Under the pieces are notes generated by a model, which was not told the origin of the DNA, did not search any database, and saw only the letters and a list, made by a program, of their open reading frames with translations. The position numbers and the translations under genes are program-made. A stretch of DNA of 63,205 nt, counting the filler, from Choristocarpus tenellus KU-1152 (Eukaryota > Protista > Phaeophyceae), in the NCBI GenBank assembly GCA_964200185.2. It is 14 parts of 14 records of this genome, joined end to end, with 100 filler letters (N's around TTAATTAATTAA, not from the genome) between each part and the next. Parts side by side here need not be neighbours in the genome. Positions count along the whole stretch, not along the records: positions 37,251 to 43,601 come from CAXNAD020008329.1; positions 43,702 to 46,221 come from CAXNAD020027125.1; positions 46,322 to 49,272 come from CAXNAD020023420.1; positions 49,373 to 54,845 come from CAXNAD020010672.1; 10 more parts are not named here. One strand, given 5' to 3'. Position 1 is the stretch's first letter. Every line of letters starts with the position of its first letter. This document shows positions 38,571 to 50,302 of the stretch, piece by piece.

Positions 38571-41185
38571 GAGTTGGTGAACCTCCTCCTTCTTGGGCGG
38601 GCCCACTCCAATGTATTCAACGGGTCCCGCATAATGTCATCCAGTGGTGGGGATGGGGAGGACGGAGGAGATGGGGGAGATGAAGGGGATGGGGAGGGGA
38701 GAGTTGTGCTCATGGGAGCGCCCAAGCAGGGTAAGGTTGGATTTCTCACCCTCTTCGAGGCATACAAGTATGTTGAGGTGAGATGATCTCTATGAGTGAT
38801 GGCAAGAGAAACTAAGGGGTAATTATGTCCTATTGGTTGTCTGTGGCAAGTCAGTCACTGCACTGTACCGGTGGAAGAATTACTTTCATATTTCTTGCTC
38901 CTCGATTATGGAACAGAGCCTGCTGATGCACATAGGAATGTCTTGAACGTTAATGTTGTAAAGTGAAGGAAGAAAATGTCACCTCTTTCAAGCTACAACA
39001 ACATAGTATGCAATCAAATTGCAGCTTTGGGGTGACTTTAATGGGTTGATGCCTCTGCAAGTGCACACTAGCACAACAGAGAAAGGTTAACGCACGTGTA
39101 ACATAGTTGCAAGTGCTTGTATAAGTTCTGGGAAAAGCTATACATCTGAGGTGCTTTATAAGTGCTGGCAAGGGATGTACCCCTCTTATTTCCATCAAAT
39201 CATCTTTCCCTCTGTGACAAGTGTCGGTCGCCCCGTCACTCTGAACAGGTGGGTAGCTATCTCAAGAAACCCGAGTTTCCTGTTTGGGTAGTGTGCAGTG
39301 AGAGCCACTACTCTGTCTTATTTTCCACTGACCGCAGCACAGCTCCCTCATCATCCAACACAGCACAAGAGGAAGGCCAAGGAAACTTTGTTGGTCCCAC
39401 AGCAGTTTATGAGAACGGCAATGAGGTGTTTGACCTCTTCTACTTTGATGGGCTTGAGGGACAGGATGAGGTAGGCCTTCAAGTGCATGAACGTTTTGAA
39501 ACCGTTCCAGTATCCCTAATTGTGCCGTCCTGACAGCATAAGTGCTTCTAACAAGGTACATACTATGAAACATTGCATATATGCCTGACAGGATGTTCCC
39601 TGTCTAGGGTTCTCAAACAGGGTGATGCACATTTCTGAGGGGAAAAGTGGCCAAGGTGGTAATCAGGTTCAGAGGTCTTCATTTCACACCTTCCTTGTGT
39701 GAACTACTTTGATATACATATACCCTGTGGAAAGACTATTTTAGCTCGACAAGTCCCTATGCACTACTTCTCAATGTTATTGTGGAAACCTGCAGACCAC
39801 CATTATGATACCTTGTGAGACATATGAAATGATCAGGCCCTTGGTTGCAATATGAGTTTTGTAGGTGCAATGTATCAATGGCAATGGGATGAAAAGGAAG
39901 CAAGGTCATAGAAGCAATCAATCCAATTGACCAAATACAAAAAATATGAGAGATAATACGAGCACAGGATACTTAAGAAGTATGATATTAAAACAGTTTG
40001 GGATTTGAACGGCAACAATTTAATACAACTAGAGGAATTGGCAATGTACTAGGAGTATTCCAGGCGCGGACAACGGAGAGCAACAAGTTCAGCACAAAAA
40101 ACAACAACGAGGTTTTTCCAGGGGAAAGAGGGGTCGAGAGGTCTAGCAAGATCTTTCCACCAACCCACTCACCCACCCTTTCCATTTCTCATAAAGAAAG
40201 TTGGCTGTGAGTGGGAGAGGGTTTTAAGCTAGTGTGAGATAGATGCATTCAAAAGTTGAAGGATCAGCATTGTATCAAGGTTGAAACTGCTGAGAATACA
40301 TTGGTTACGTAGTAACAACAATTTGACTACATGTCAATGCTTATTGGTAGAAAAATCTGCTTTCTAGTGGACATGGTGGTGGTAGGGTGAAGTTTGGGTG
40401 GGTGCTGAGAGCAGGACAACATCGTATGTACAGAAAGACAGGGATTGAAATTAAATTGGAATTGAAATGGGCATGGATACACAGGTGGATGGTACCAAGT
40501 AGAAGTAGAATACAGAGTTCTTTGAGCAAGGCAAAATCCTGTGCGAGGTCCATGCTGTGGTAACACCCTTTATTGAGAACCACTCTCTACAGGATGTTGA
40601 CATCATATGGGATTTTGTGTTCTACTACAGTACTAGTACAAGATCCACCTCCTGGCGATAAGACCTGCAGTTTCACTTGTATGGCGTGCTTTGAGGAGGG
40701 TATAGACAGAGCGTCCTATTGGGTGCAGACTAGCCACGTGAGATTCATATGCTTGCAGTTTTTTTAACAAGAAAGTCGTAAATATCTCCTTCAGCATATA
40801 CAGGGGTTAGGTGTGTTTGCGTGGGTACTCATATTAATGGGCAGTGGTTGAATAAAGTATCAGTGACATCAAATCACCATTTATGAATATCGTTGTTTGA
40901 AATCTAGGTTTAGTTTGGACGTGTTTAACAGTACCATGTCCAGCATGCAATCTCAATTTATGTCCATATATATATTGAGTGCTGAAACCGCTTCAATTAA
41001 TGAATTTCATACCTGTCCTTTTGTCCTTCAATCACCAGGAAATAAGACTCTCGGTTGATCCCTGCTCCAAGTATCAGCCCCCAGAGAATGGAGAGGGGGT
41101 CCTCACACCCCCGTTGAATCTTGTAATACGGACCAGGTGGAAGGGGGCAAGCATTGACTGGAATGGGACTGATCCGATCCTTTGA
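38571..41185 (+). CDS. MINDY-3/MINDY-4 family deubiquitinase (FAM188), last three exons
   Basis: Exons 38571-38777 (ELVNLLLLGRAHSNVFNG...VGFLTLFE), 39249-39470 (VGSYLKKPEFPVWVVCSESHYSVLF with catalytic His; FDLFYFDGLEGQDE), 41039-41185 (EIRLSVDP..PPLNLVIRTRWKGASIDWNGTDPIL*); all phase 0. Confidence 0.93.
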
Positions 41186-41691
41186 GAGGAGAAGCACCAC
41201 CCTGCCACTTGTAGCACAGAACACTATGGGTTTGAAGTTTAAGACAGAAATTGAACTGAAAAGGGCGTACAAGTGTATATTTCATGTCAAAATGTTGCCC
41301 AGTGCCTTCAGTACAACACGGGTTACCACACTTGCACACTTCCTATCTCATCCAGCAGTAAATCTGTAATTTCTCTTGAACGACGGTGTCTGTACTTCCA
41401 ATGTTTGATGAGGTAGTTATATTCTCAATTTCAGATGGAGCAGAGCTTGGAAAACACCATCTTGTTAAACCTGATGAATTTGATTGCACTACCATTGCGA
41501 AAATCTTATTTCAAGAACTAACCAAACCATTCAGTGAAAATATATTGACCATGTAGGCTCCTTGTCATCATCTTGAACGGTATAACCCTAACCCCAACCC
41601 AATACTAGACGAACAGGAAAGCAGAACCATCTTGAACGTTTTGTACAACCTTCTTACATATGTCTAGGTTCCTCTGTGCCAAAGTGGAGGC

Positions 41692-41956
41692 GAGCCAAGG
41701 TATCTTAGAGGGTAGAGCTGCGTCCATATGGGGGCCAAAATCCAATGTTGCGATTTCGATGTAATTTTGGCTATCGTGTTTGTTAGGAATTAATTGTCAA
41801 TATTCTTGTTCCGGACACATCTTTTAATAACGTATACATTTTACCTACTTCTCGGAAATATTTTGGAGTAGGAAAATGTCATAAGAACCCCGAGGGAAGC
41901 CAAGTCCTAAATGGACAAACAGGGCAAAACTCGTATCCTCTAAGATACTTTCGCTC
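41692..41956. mobile_element. Family A TIR element, 4-bp TSD AGGC
   Basis: GAGCCAAGGTATCTTAGAGGG ... TCCTCTAAGATACTTTCGCTC; AGGC at 41688-41691 and 41957-41960. Confidence 0.9.
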
Positions 41957-43781
41957 AGGCATACATATGCAAAGGCACAGGGTCTGCAACTTCTAAATTT
42001 AGTACATGTAAATCCAAGCAACTGAACTGTCAGGCCACACTTTATCCAGCAATTGAATCCGCAACTTGAAGTCGTTTCAGAAGGCAAGGGAAGGAGCCAC
42101 TGTAGCCTGTTGGAGAAAGTGTACGTTTGAGCGTTGGAGTTTGTACATATATTTGTTGTAGTGAGTAGATTTATCTAGTTTTTCAGTTTTGTTTTTGTAT
42201 TTGGCGTAACTAACGTTGAGAATTACAAATTAAACTTTTTCCATACTACCAACACCACAAATAAATGATCAACAACGAAATAACTGTGGCTTGATATGTG
42301 GAATTCTAGCATTGTGAACCGAAAGAGTTTACAGTTACAGTTGAATCGAATCGTAAAAATCGCTTATTCCTACTAAACTGTCAGCATCCAAGTAAAAACT
42401 CTAAAGGTCTCAGCAGGCAGATCCGAATCTATGAAAAGTGAAATGATATCTAGTGAGTTTTGTGAGTTGTTGCATCTTGAGACAAATGTGTGATTCTGAT
42501 ATGTCTGATATGTTCAGTAGTTACAACTTCCAGTCGTAGTGTGAGTTTTTAAAAAAGGGAACCTTTTACGTTCAGTTATTCAGTTTTTCCAATTTATCGA
42601 ACTGAAACTGACTGAATTGTCGTCATTCACAACATCAGGGATTTCAGTTCGTTGTCCCTCCACACCTCCTCTTCAAACCTCATGGAATTAGACAGCACCT
42701 GTTCCTAGAGATGCGGCCAGTGGGGCAGACAACGAGTACTATTATGCTACGGTGTATACACTCGACAAATATTTCAACCCACACTCTTTTCATGCCTTCT
42801 TAATTCACACAATAGTTACTGTTAGATATGTTGGAGGTGGGGCAGATGATGAATAACTGAAGTCTGTATTCTTGAAGATTAGAACATACATGTCACGTAA
42901 CATACAACCACAGCAATAGATGGATGGTATGAGGTGTGATCTCTAAAGAAAAAAAGATAAGGAGTGTCAATATTGTGGGGGGAAAGAGATGAGTATCAGC
43001 AGTGCGTTTTACTGTTGCTGGAAATTCGACAAGGTGTGGGCGAATAAGAAATGAGGATTCATAATACTGTGTCGCGTTGTTCCTAGAACTTAGCGAAGTG
43101 TGGTGGAATGAGGGAAAAGGCAAAAAAACAGATGGGGGGAATTGGTGGCGGTGATACAAGGCAAGGCATGAGATCTCATCACTTTGCAATGTAGGAGGAG
43201 TGTTAATAGTGTGTCATACCGTTCCTGTGACATTGGCGAAGTGTTGGGGAGGGAGAAAAGGGGAAAAAAATTACTAATTTGTGTTGGTGACGGAACTGGG
43301 TCTTCAAACTGTGCCGAAAATTTGTGGTATGAGTTTATTGCATTTTGCATCCGAAAAATAACCGAATATTTGAAGTGAAAACCGTGATTGCGAAATTTCG
43401 GACGTTTTAATTTTTTTTTCTCTGTTGTTCCACGTTGTATATATTTAGGCGTCTCCATTATCCAAAACGTTTTTCTAACATTATTTTTTAGTAGAAACTT
43501 TTGCCTTTGCACCTGTCTTCCCCCTGAAACAGCCGATCACCAAAATTGAGGATGGAGCATACTATGGAGGAAGTGTTTGACCCAAAATGGTGCGCGGAAA
43601 GNNNNNNNNNNNNNNNNNNNNNNNNNNNNNNNNNNNNNNNNNNNNTTAATTAATTAANNNNNNNNNNNNNNNNNNNNNNNNNNNNNNNNNNNNNNNNNNN
43701 NGTAACGTACTGATTCAGGGAAACACACTCATGGTACGGTTTGATGCCCCTGAACCGTCACCCAGCTTGTTGCGTTAATGT

Positions 43782-45900
43782 TTAACGATGATCTACACCT
43801 ATACAAAAAAAATCGTTGCTCCCATGAAGAAGGGCGTGTGTGACGTAATTAATGAACCTGTTAATGAGGGAGTGGAGGGCCCTCATGGGGATGTCCGTTG
43901 CAGCACCTTGGTACTCGACGTCACACATGGTTTGGAGCACCGGAGGATCACTCCCGTGGCCAAATATGTCGTCGACAGTGACTTTCTTGTTGCACATGAA
44001 CACTGTCCCATCGTTGTGCGTGAGAAGAATCATGTCCTGGTGGCATCTGAGATGGTTATCAGCGCCTGCGAGAGGGCGCCCCCCCCCCTGGTCTTGTACA
44101 TTATAAGCAAGGGATGATCTTCCACAACCAAGCCCAACTTCGATGCCATAAGAGCCCCTGAATGAAGAGAAGGCGGGAGCGAGCACGTGGGTCTGGCATG
44201 CGTCAAACGTTACAGTGACAGCACACAAGTACGGTATCGTTGAGCTTCATGAAATCGCATACCACTAACATAATAATAGTACAACGAGGGTGGAACGCAA
44301 GCCAAATAACAAATACAAAAATGCAAACAATAGGAAATTCTGAAATAGAAGGAAAGACGGCAAAAAAAAAGTAGTGAAGACAAGAAACACCAGCATGCGA
44401 ATAGCGGACAATCAAACAAAGAACTACGAAGGACATGGGGGGGAAGAGCAAAAGACACAAAAGGAAATACAAGGTACGAAAAAGATGAAACAACATGAGG
44501 AAAGCGAAAAAAAAAAGACACGACAGAATCCGCATCTCTTAAACGGCTGCCACCGTTTCAAATCGACACACGGGCAGACTGATAACGGCCATGGCGGATG
44601 CAATAGTCTCCCACAATACACCCCGTATTTCAGCGCTGGCGAACTCTGAAACTCACCGTGTAGGCGGTGTGATTGCACGGCCCACGGGTGGGGCACAAAT
44701 AGCGCGATGGTGCCCTGAGGATGTATCTTCACCTGCAAGTACTTCATCACCTGGCGCAAGCGTGTGTTGGTCGCCTCTTCGTCGTTGAGGAGTGAAAGTA
44801 TCTTAGAGGGTACGAGTATTGCCCTGTTTGTCCAATTGGGACTTGGCTTCTCATGGGTTTCTTTATGACATTCTCCTACTCCAAAATGCTTAGGAGTAGG
44901 TAAAATGTATACGTTATGAAATGGTGTGTCCGGAACATGGATATTGACACGTCCTAACAAACAGGATAACCAAAATTACATCAAATTCGCAACATTGGAT
45001 TTTGACCCCCAAATGGACGCGACTCTACCCTCTAAATTACTTTGGCTCTGAGGAGTCTTGACTCGGCGGCGATGGACACTATGGCGAGCTTTGGCGCGTA
45101 GCGGAAGGCGAAGTCTTTCAGGCCGTTTAAGTGTAGCGTCGGGTCGAGAGGGCAAAGGTCGTGTAGTGCAGTTCTCAGCCCTGGTTGGACATCATGACAC
45201 ATGACAAAGTACACAGACAGCACGACGAAAAGGACAGCATCGTAAACAACAGTGCAGGCAATTGTATCAATAAGTGAGGACCTGATCATATTTTCCCGGC
45301 ATCCCCAAAATCTTAAGCCGTACCCTCCACAATGCCGGACCCATCAGATACATCTCGTGGAAGGAGGGGAGACGTCAAACAGGTAAGTTCCATGGCCATG
45401 GAAACCTCCAAAAAAACGCCATAGCGAACACACAAAGGACGAGCAATCCACATGATGTACAACCAGCCAAGACCCACATGCAAACCAACGCGAAACCGAA
45501 CATGCAGAGACAACTTGTATGTCCGTATAATGTGCAACCACACCGAGACCCACATGCACTTCTCCATGTCCGCCGTTTCACTGCGTGAGGGGGGACGTAA
45601 AAGGCTTCGCCTGCAGGGTGACCCGCCCGTGCTCCTTGCGTTACGTTTACCCTTACCCTTGCCCCTACCCCGACCCGCCGCTGCGTTCCCCACCGGTCCA
45701 GTCCCTTCACCGCCCTTCTGTGCCACGGGGCAATTGATACACAATCGATCCTTGTGCCTCTCGTCGCCGACAATCTCCACGTTGGCACATTAGCCCATGT
45801 GCGTGATGGAGCACTTTGGGCAGGAATACCTGCCGCACATGGCATCGAACGAGAGCGTCAAACAGACAGAACAGCATTTTTTCCACATCATTACTTAGGC
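43782..45900 (-). pseudogene. Intron-containing, probably decayed gene of unknown family with a Cys-rich (zinc-finger-like) segment; one exon interrupted by a family A element
   Basis: KKCCSVCLTLSFDAMCGRYSCPKCSITHMG*CANVE...LCINCP (in-frame TAA near 45790); exon about 45180-44657 reads through (SRLLNDEEATNTRLRQVMKYLQ) once the element and one TSD copy are removed, ending at G|GTGAGT; a further coding-like frame at 44228-43782. Confidence 0.45.
44790..45048. mobile_element. Family A TIR element, 4-bp TSD TGAG, inserted in a putative exon
   Basis: GAGTGAAAGTATCTTAGAGGG ... CCCTCTAAATTACTTTGGCTC; TGAG at 44786-44789 and 45049-45052. Confidence 0.92.
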
Positions 45901-46389
45901 GCAACAACGCATCGCGGGGATCCACGGCTACGAAGGACCACGAAATTGGCGGTACAAAACAATACGAACTACAGGTGAGATACAACAGTCAGTTGCGACA
46001 TGCACTAACACTCTTGGGCTGTGGCAAACAAAGAGACCTGGGGGTAGCGACCAAAGCGCCACACACAGAGGGACCCTGCGATATCCACCGGTGTGGTGTC
46101 GTGCATTGCTGAAGAAAGGCAACTTAGTTAGCCGTTCGGGCGATCAGATGAAGACCCAAAGTATCTGGGAGGGGGGGGGGGTCTACACCAGGGTGTCCAT
46201 TTGGACCAAAATCAGGAAAAGNNNNNNNNNNNNNNNNNNNNNNNNNNNNNNNNNNNNNNNNNNNNTTAATTAATTAANNNNNNNNNNNNNNNNNNNNNNN
46301 NNNNNNNNNNNNNNNNNNNNNGAGGAAAGGAAAAAAGAAGAAGGGGGGGGGGGGGGGGGGGGGGGGGGGAAGGGGGGGAGAAGAGGGGT

Positions 46390-46421
<32 letters not shown>

Positions 46422-47012
46422 GGACAAGGCAGAAACATGAAACACAATGAAGGCATAGCCAACTGTACTTGGCATTGAACAGCAGTACCCCTTGTGTTGT
46501 AATCAACAGGACTGGAATAAAAAAGTCAATCCATCAAGTCCACAAACCTGAGGTTTTCAATAGAGGGGGCCAATAGGGCCAATCAAGGGTGCATTCTATT
46601 TTCTAGGTCATCTACATTGCATCCATGCCTGTCATTCATTGGAAATGGAAGGTGGTGACATCACATGCATCCATGACTGATGACAAAAAAAAATCTTTTC
46701 AAAACGGCCTATAGTAGTACCACTCTAGGTGTAATGAGAGTACAAAGGGGGGGGGGCTGCCAAAATCTCAACAGGAACTACCAGGTTCAATGAGTGTCCA
46801 CCCTGACATTCCATTCCATTCCTGTCACTTCTACCTACAATCTCTCCAATCATTAACAGGGCTTGTACCAGACTATAAACACTACACACAGCACTCTGCA
46901 CAAATTTTTAGTATATGGGAAGGTGGCACTGTCCCTGAAAAAAAAGACACAGACCAGCCCCATCGTACTACTGCACCAACAGTGCATTTCCAACTCTTAA
47001 CCATACCCCCAC

Positions 47013-49191
47013 CTCTTCGGAATGCTCCTCTGGGGTGGCCAGCACATCCACCACATCACCCCCTGCCTCCTGCACAAGCTGCAAGGCCATCAGGTGCCCA
47101 TTCTTTGTGTTGAATATTGCACGAACCTCTCCGTCTTCACTACTACTAGTACCAGTACCAGTACCAGCTGGTACCTTGGTTGTGACAGTGAGTGTCCCCA
47201 GGTGCTTGTTCTCATGTACCTCCTGAGTACTATGGGAGATGGTGATGACACCCTCTTCTTCCTTGCTTTGGTTGTGTGCAGCACCAGCTTTGACTTCAAA
47301 GGCTGCTGGCATCTGATACACATTCATACATCGTTTTTTGATCAGCCACATGTGTAAAATTCACCAAACACAGCATATAGTACATAGACATGCGCCAAGA
47401 ACAACCCACAGTCGAAGGAGTGTGGTTATTAATAGTTAACCAAGAGATAGGGAGAAGGTTGGAGTACAGTCATTGTACAATTTAAGGTACAGTCAAAAAA
47501 GGGTCTTGAATTTTGTATATCATGCTCACTGTAGGTGGTCTCATCATTGTTCACAAAAGATTGGAGGGACAAAAGGTATTAGGGTGGGCTGTTTGAAGGG
47601 TCAGGGTTAGGAAAGATTGGAAGATAAAGATGACCTTGGAGGATAGAGCCAAACCTGTTTATGAAGCACTGAGCAACTTCGCTATGACCTTTGACAAGAT
47701 TGAGATTAACTGTTACACAGGGCAAATCCACTCACTGACTGTGCTCATCCCAAGGGGAGCAGGTGTTTGTAAGATGCTAATATATCTCTAGTATATATCA
47801 AGAGAACTGGAAATTTTAGCATCAATATCTGGTACTTTTAGAAAACTTGAGTTTTGCAAGGCTACTACTACCAAATGCACTCCACTCGTAGGAACTGGAC
47901 TTTTTTGTTTGTTAGTTAATTAATACTATAGCAGTTACACTTGTACAAAGGCATCATACATTTAATTTTTTTACTCATTCTAGGGGCTATATGGGATATG
48001 GGAAGTACCGAGCAGCACACACACACAAGAAGCCTCACTGATGAAAGGCTCTAGTGGAGGCAACTGACCCCCTTTCAACAGACTCTCAAGTTACTTCGGG
48101 ACACTCCTCAGTAGCCCTAACCCTTCATAAACACATATGCCCAACCTTAACCCCAAACCAGCGCCATTTGAACTTAACCCCAAAGGACAAGAAGACTTTC
48201 TACACGTCTGACTAAAATGAGCAGACAAGGTCATGAGTTTTCTATGTGAAACTATATCTCCAATGCGTCTAACACATGCTCATCAAGCCATAGACGTTTA
48301 CAAAAGGAAATACCTACACGGTCCACAACACTGCTAACTAGAGGTGGGGTTCATTCATATGCAAGGATTTGTGAAACTAGACTCCTTAACTCTCTAAAGA
48401 CTCTTCTTTAACTCTTCCAACACTGCCAACATCACACTCCGGAGCACTTGGTAATGCATACTATACACCAACAATAGATCAACTCGAGACATGGCACCAG
48501 GGTTCACACTCATACTACGCACACCTGTGCCACCCTGTCCTCTGCAAGGGAGGCAACAGCATTCCTATTTCATGATCTAGCTGTATGCAATAGTCAGTCG
48601 GTGATGCCCCCAAAAAGGTGACCACAATCACACAAACAATCAAGTGCACACTTCAATGACATTTCCTACCCTTAATTAAACCCCCATACACCCAATATCA
48701 AACATTTTCACATGTCCTTATTGCCCTCTCACCACGGTGTGATCTAGAGACAATTGCACATGCCCCACTGCATGCCCTGCCTCTGCCCAGTTCGTTGCCT
48801 TCTTGAGCCTCCCTGTCACAAGCAGCCAGCACTCCACATCCGGAGTCAGCATGGGGGCCTCAAACTCAAGCGAAGTCAAGTCTACTACCCTCATTACCCC
48901 ACACCCCTCCTGCCTAAGAGGCAGGTGCTGCTCTCCAGCAGTAAGAGGGGAGGCCGGCAGACTGCCCTTAGAAAGAGGTGAACCATCCAGTTCTACCTCC
49001 CAGTCAAGGGATAAGGTTCCCATGAGGTCATCAATGTGATCAAAGTGGTTTATTGCAGACAGGGAGACATTGACCTTAATCTGCTCCTTCCCCAGTTCCT
49101 TCTTGCCAGTCTGACTTCTACCCTCTACAGAAATATTGGAAATTTGTACTTTCTCGATTGAGATATCAAATGGCTGCATGAGGTGCTTGAA
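47013..49191 (-). CDS. Beta-galactosidase (glycoside hydrolase family 2, LacZ-like), two internal exons
   Basis: Exon 49191-48733: FKHLMQPF...INHFDHID..LSLDWEVELDG..LSKGSL...ECWLLVTGRLKKATNWAEAGHAVGHVQLSL (LacZ domain-4 pattern); exon 47312-47013 with VRAIFNTKNGHL (start of the small-chain domain). Both phase 0 with cag/GT ends. Confidence 0.8.
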
Positions 49192-50026
49192 CTGATCACG
49201 TATGGGCATTGGAACAGAACAGATATCAGAACAGCAGACACATGAGCAGGAGGGGGAGGGGAAGGGGTGCAANNNNNNNNNNNNNNNNNNNNNNNNNNNN
49301 NNNNNNNNNNNNNNNNTTAATTAATTAANNNNNNNNNNNNNNNNNNNNNNNNNNNNNNNNNNNNNNNNNNNNCCCCCCAGATACTTTGGGTCTCAAGTCA
49401 GAGAAGATGACTCCCACTGGTTCTCACTCCATCTCCTCCATCAAAAGTATTTTCCTGGACCTGTCTTGTGAAGTTTCCACCTTGATCTTGGTTCAGTGTC
49501 TTGTGGTGTAGACACAGAACGGATAGATAGTACAGGTGTATAATGGGGTGTGATGTAATCTCTATTTTTTGCTGCTATTTATCAACGAAGACATCAGAAA
49601 ATTGAAGCTAATCCTTACTAGTGCTGGGGTGACACTATCCCCATATACAAGACACCACCTTACAATATTTTCTAAAATTACAATATTTCCTAATTTTGAT
49701 TGCTGTAAGAGGAGGCACACTGGCATAAGATGAACCTCTGTATTTTTGTTGAATTTTCTTTGAAAAGGCATGGGATTTACGTTTTGAAACTACTCGTGCT
49801 ATTTCCTCATGGGAAAACATGTGTCTCTATTGCAATCGATCATACAATGCAGTAATACAGTAGTGTAATCTACACAGTGATCCCCGCCCTATCCCTAGTA
49901 CTAGCCCTAGACTTACGAGCCTGCGGCTGCGTTTGGATCCATCTCCTTTTACGCTGGTCCTGCTATCTGTGTATGGCTTGTGTGAGGAAGTCGTTTGAGG
50001 TTTCAGCTCTAGATGATGTCGATTCC

Positions 50027-50302
50027 TCAAGCTGTTAGGCGAAAAAATATCCGCATAACGAGGACTTCCATTGTGTCAACATGAAGACAGTTCCAAACCT
50101 TGATCTTGGTCCTGTTCTTGCAAGAAAATCCCCTCTCATGCTCCACGGAGGTATTCGGCAAGGTGATGTACACCTTGACCAGCTTGTATATTTTTTTCAA
50201 CTGTGGCTTCACAGTTGAGCTGCATTCGAACAACAACTTTAAAACAATTTGAATGTGCCTCTCGCTCTTGCCCTTACTATTCTCCATTAACGTGTGCGTC
50301 AA
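50027..50302 (-). mobile_element. hAT transposase C-terminal dimerisation-domain remnant
   Basis: QLKKIYKLVKVYITLPNTSVEHERGFSCKNRTKIKVWNCLHVDTMEVLVMRI matches the P-x-(T/S)-S-x-x-C-E-R-x-F-S...K...R-N-x-L pattern. Confidence 0.75.
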
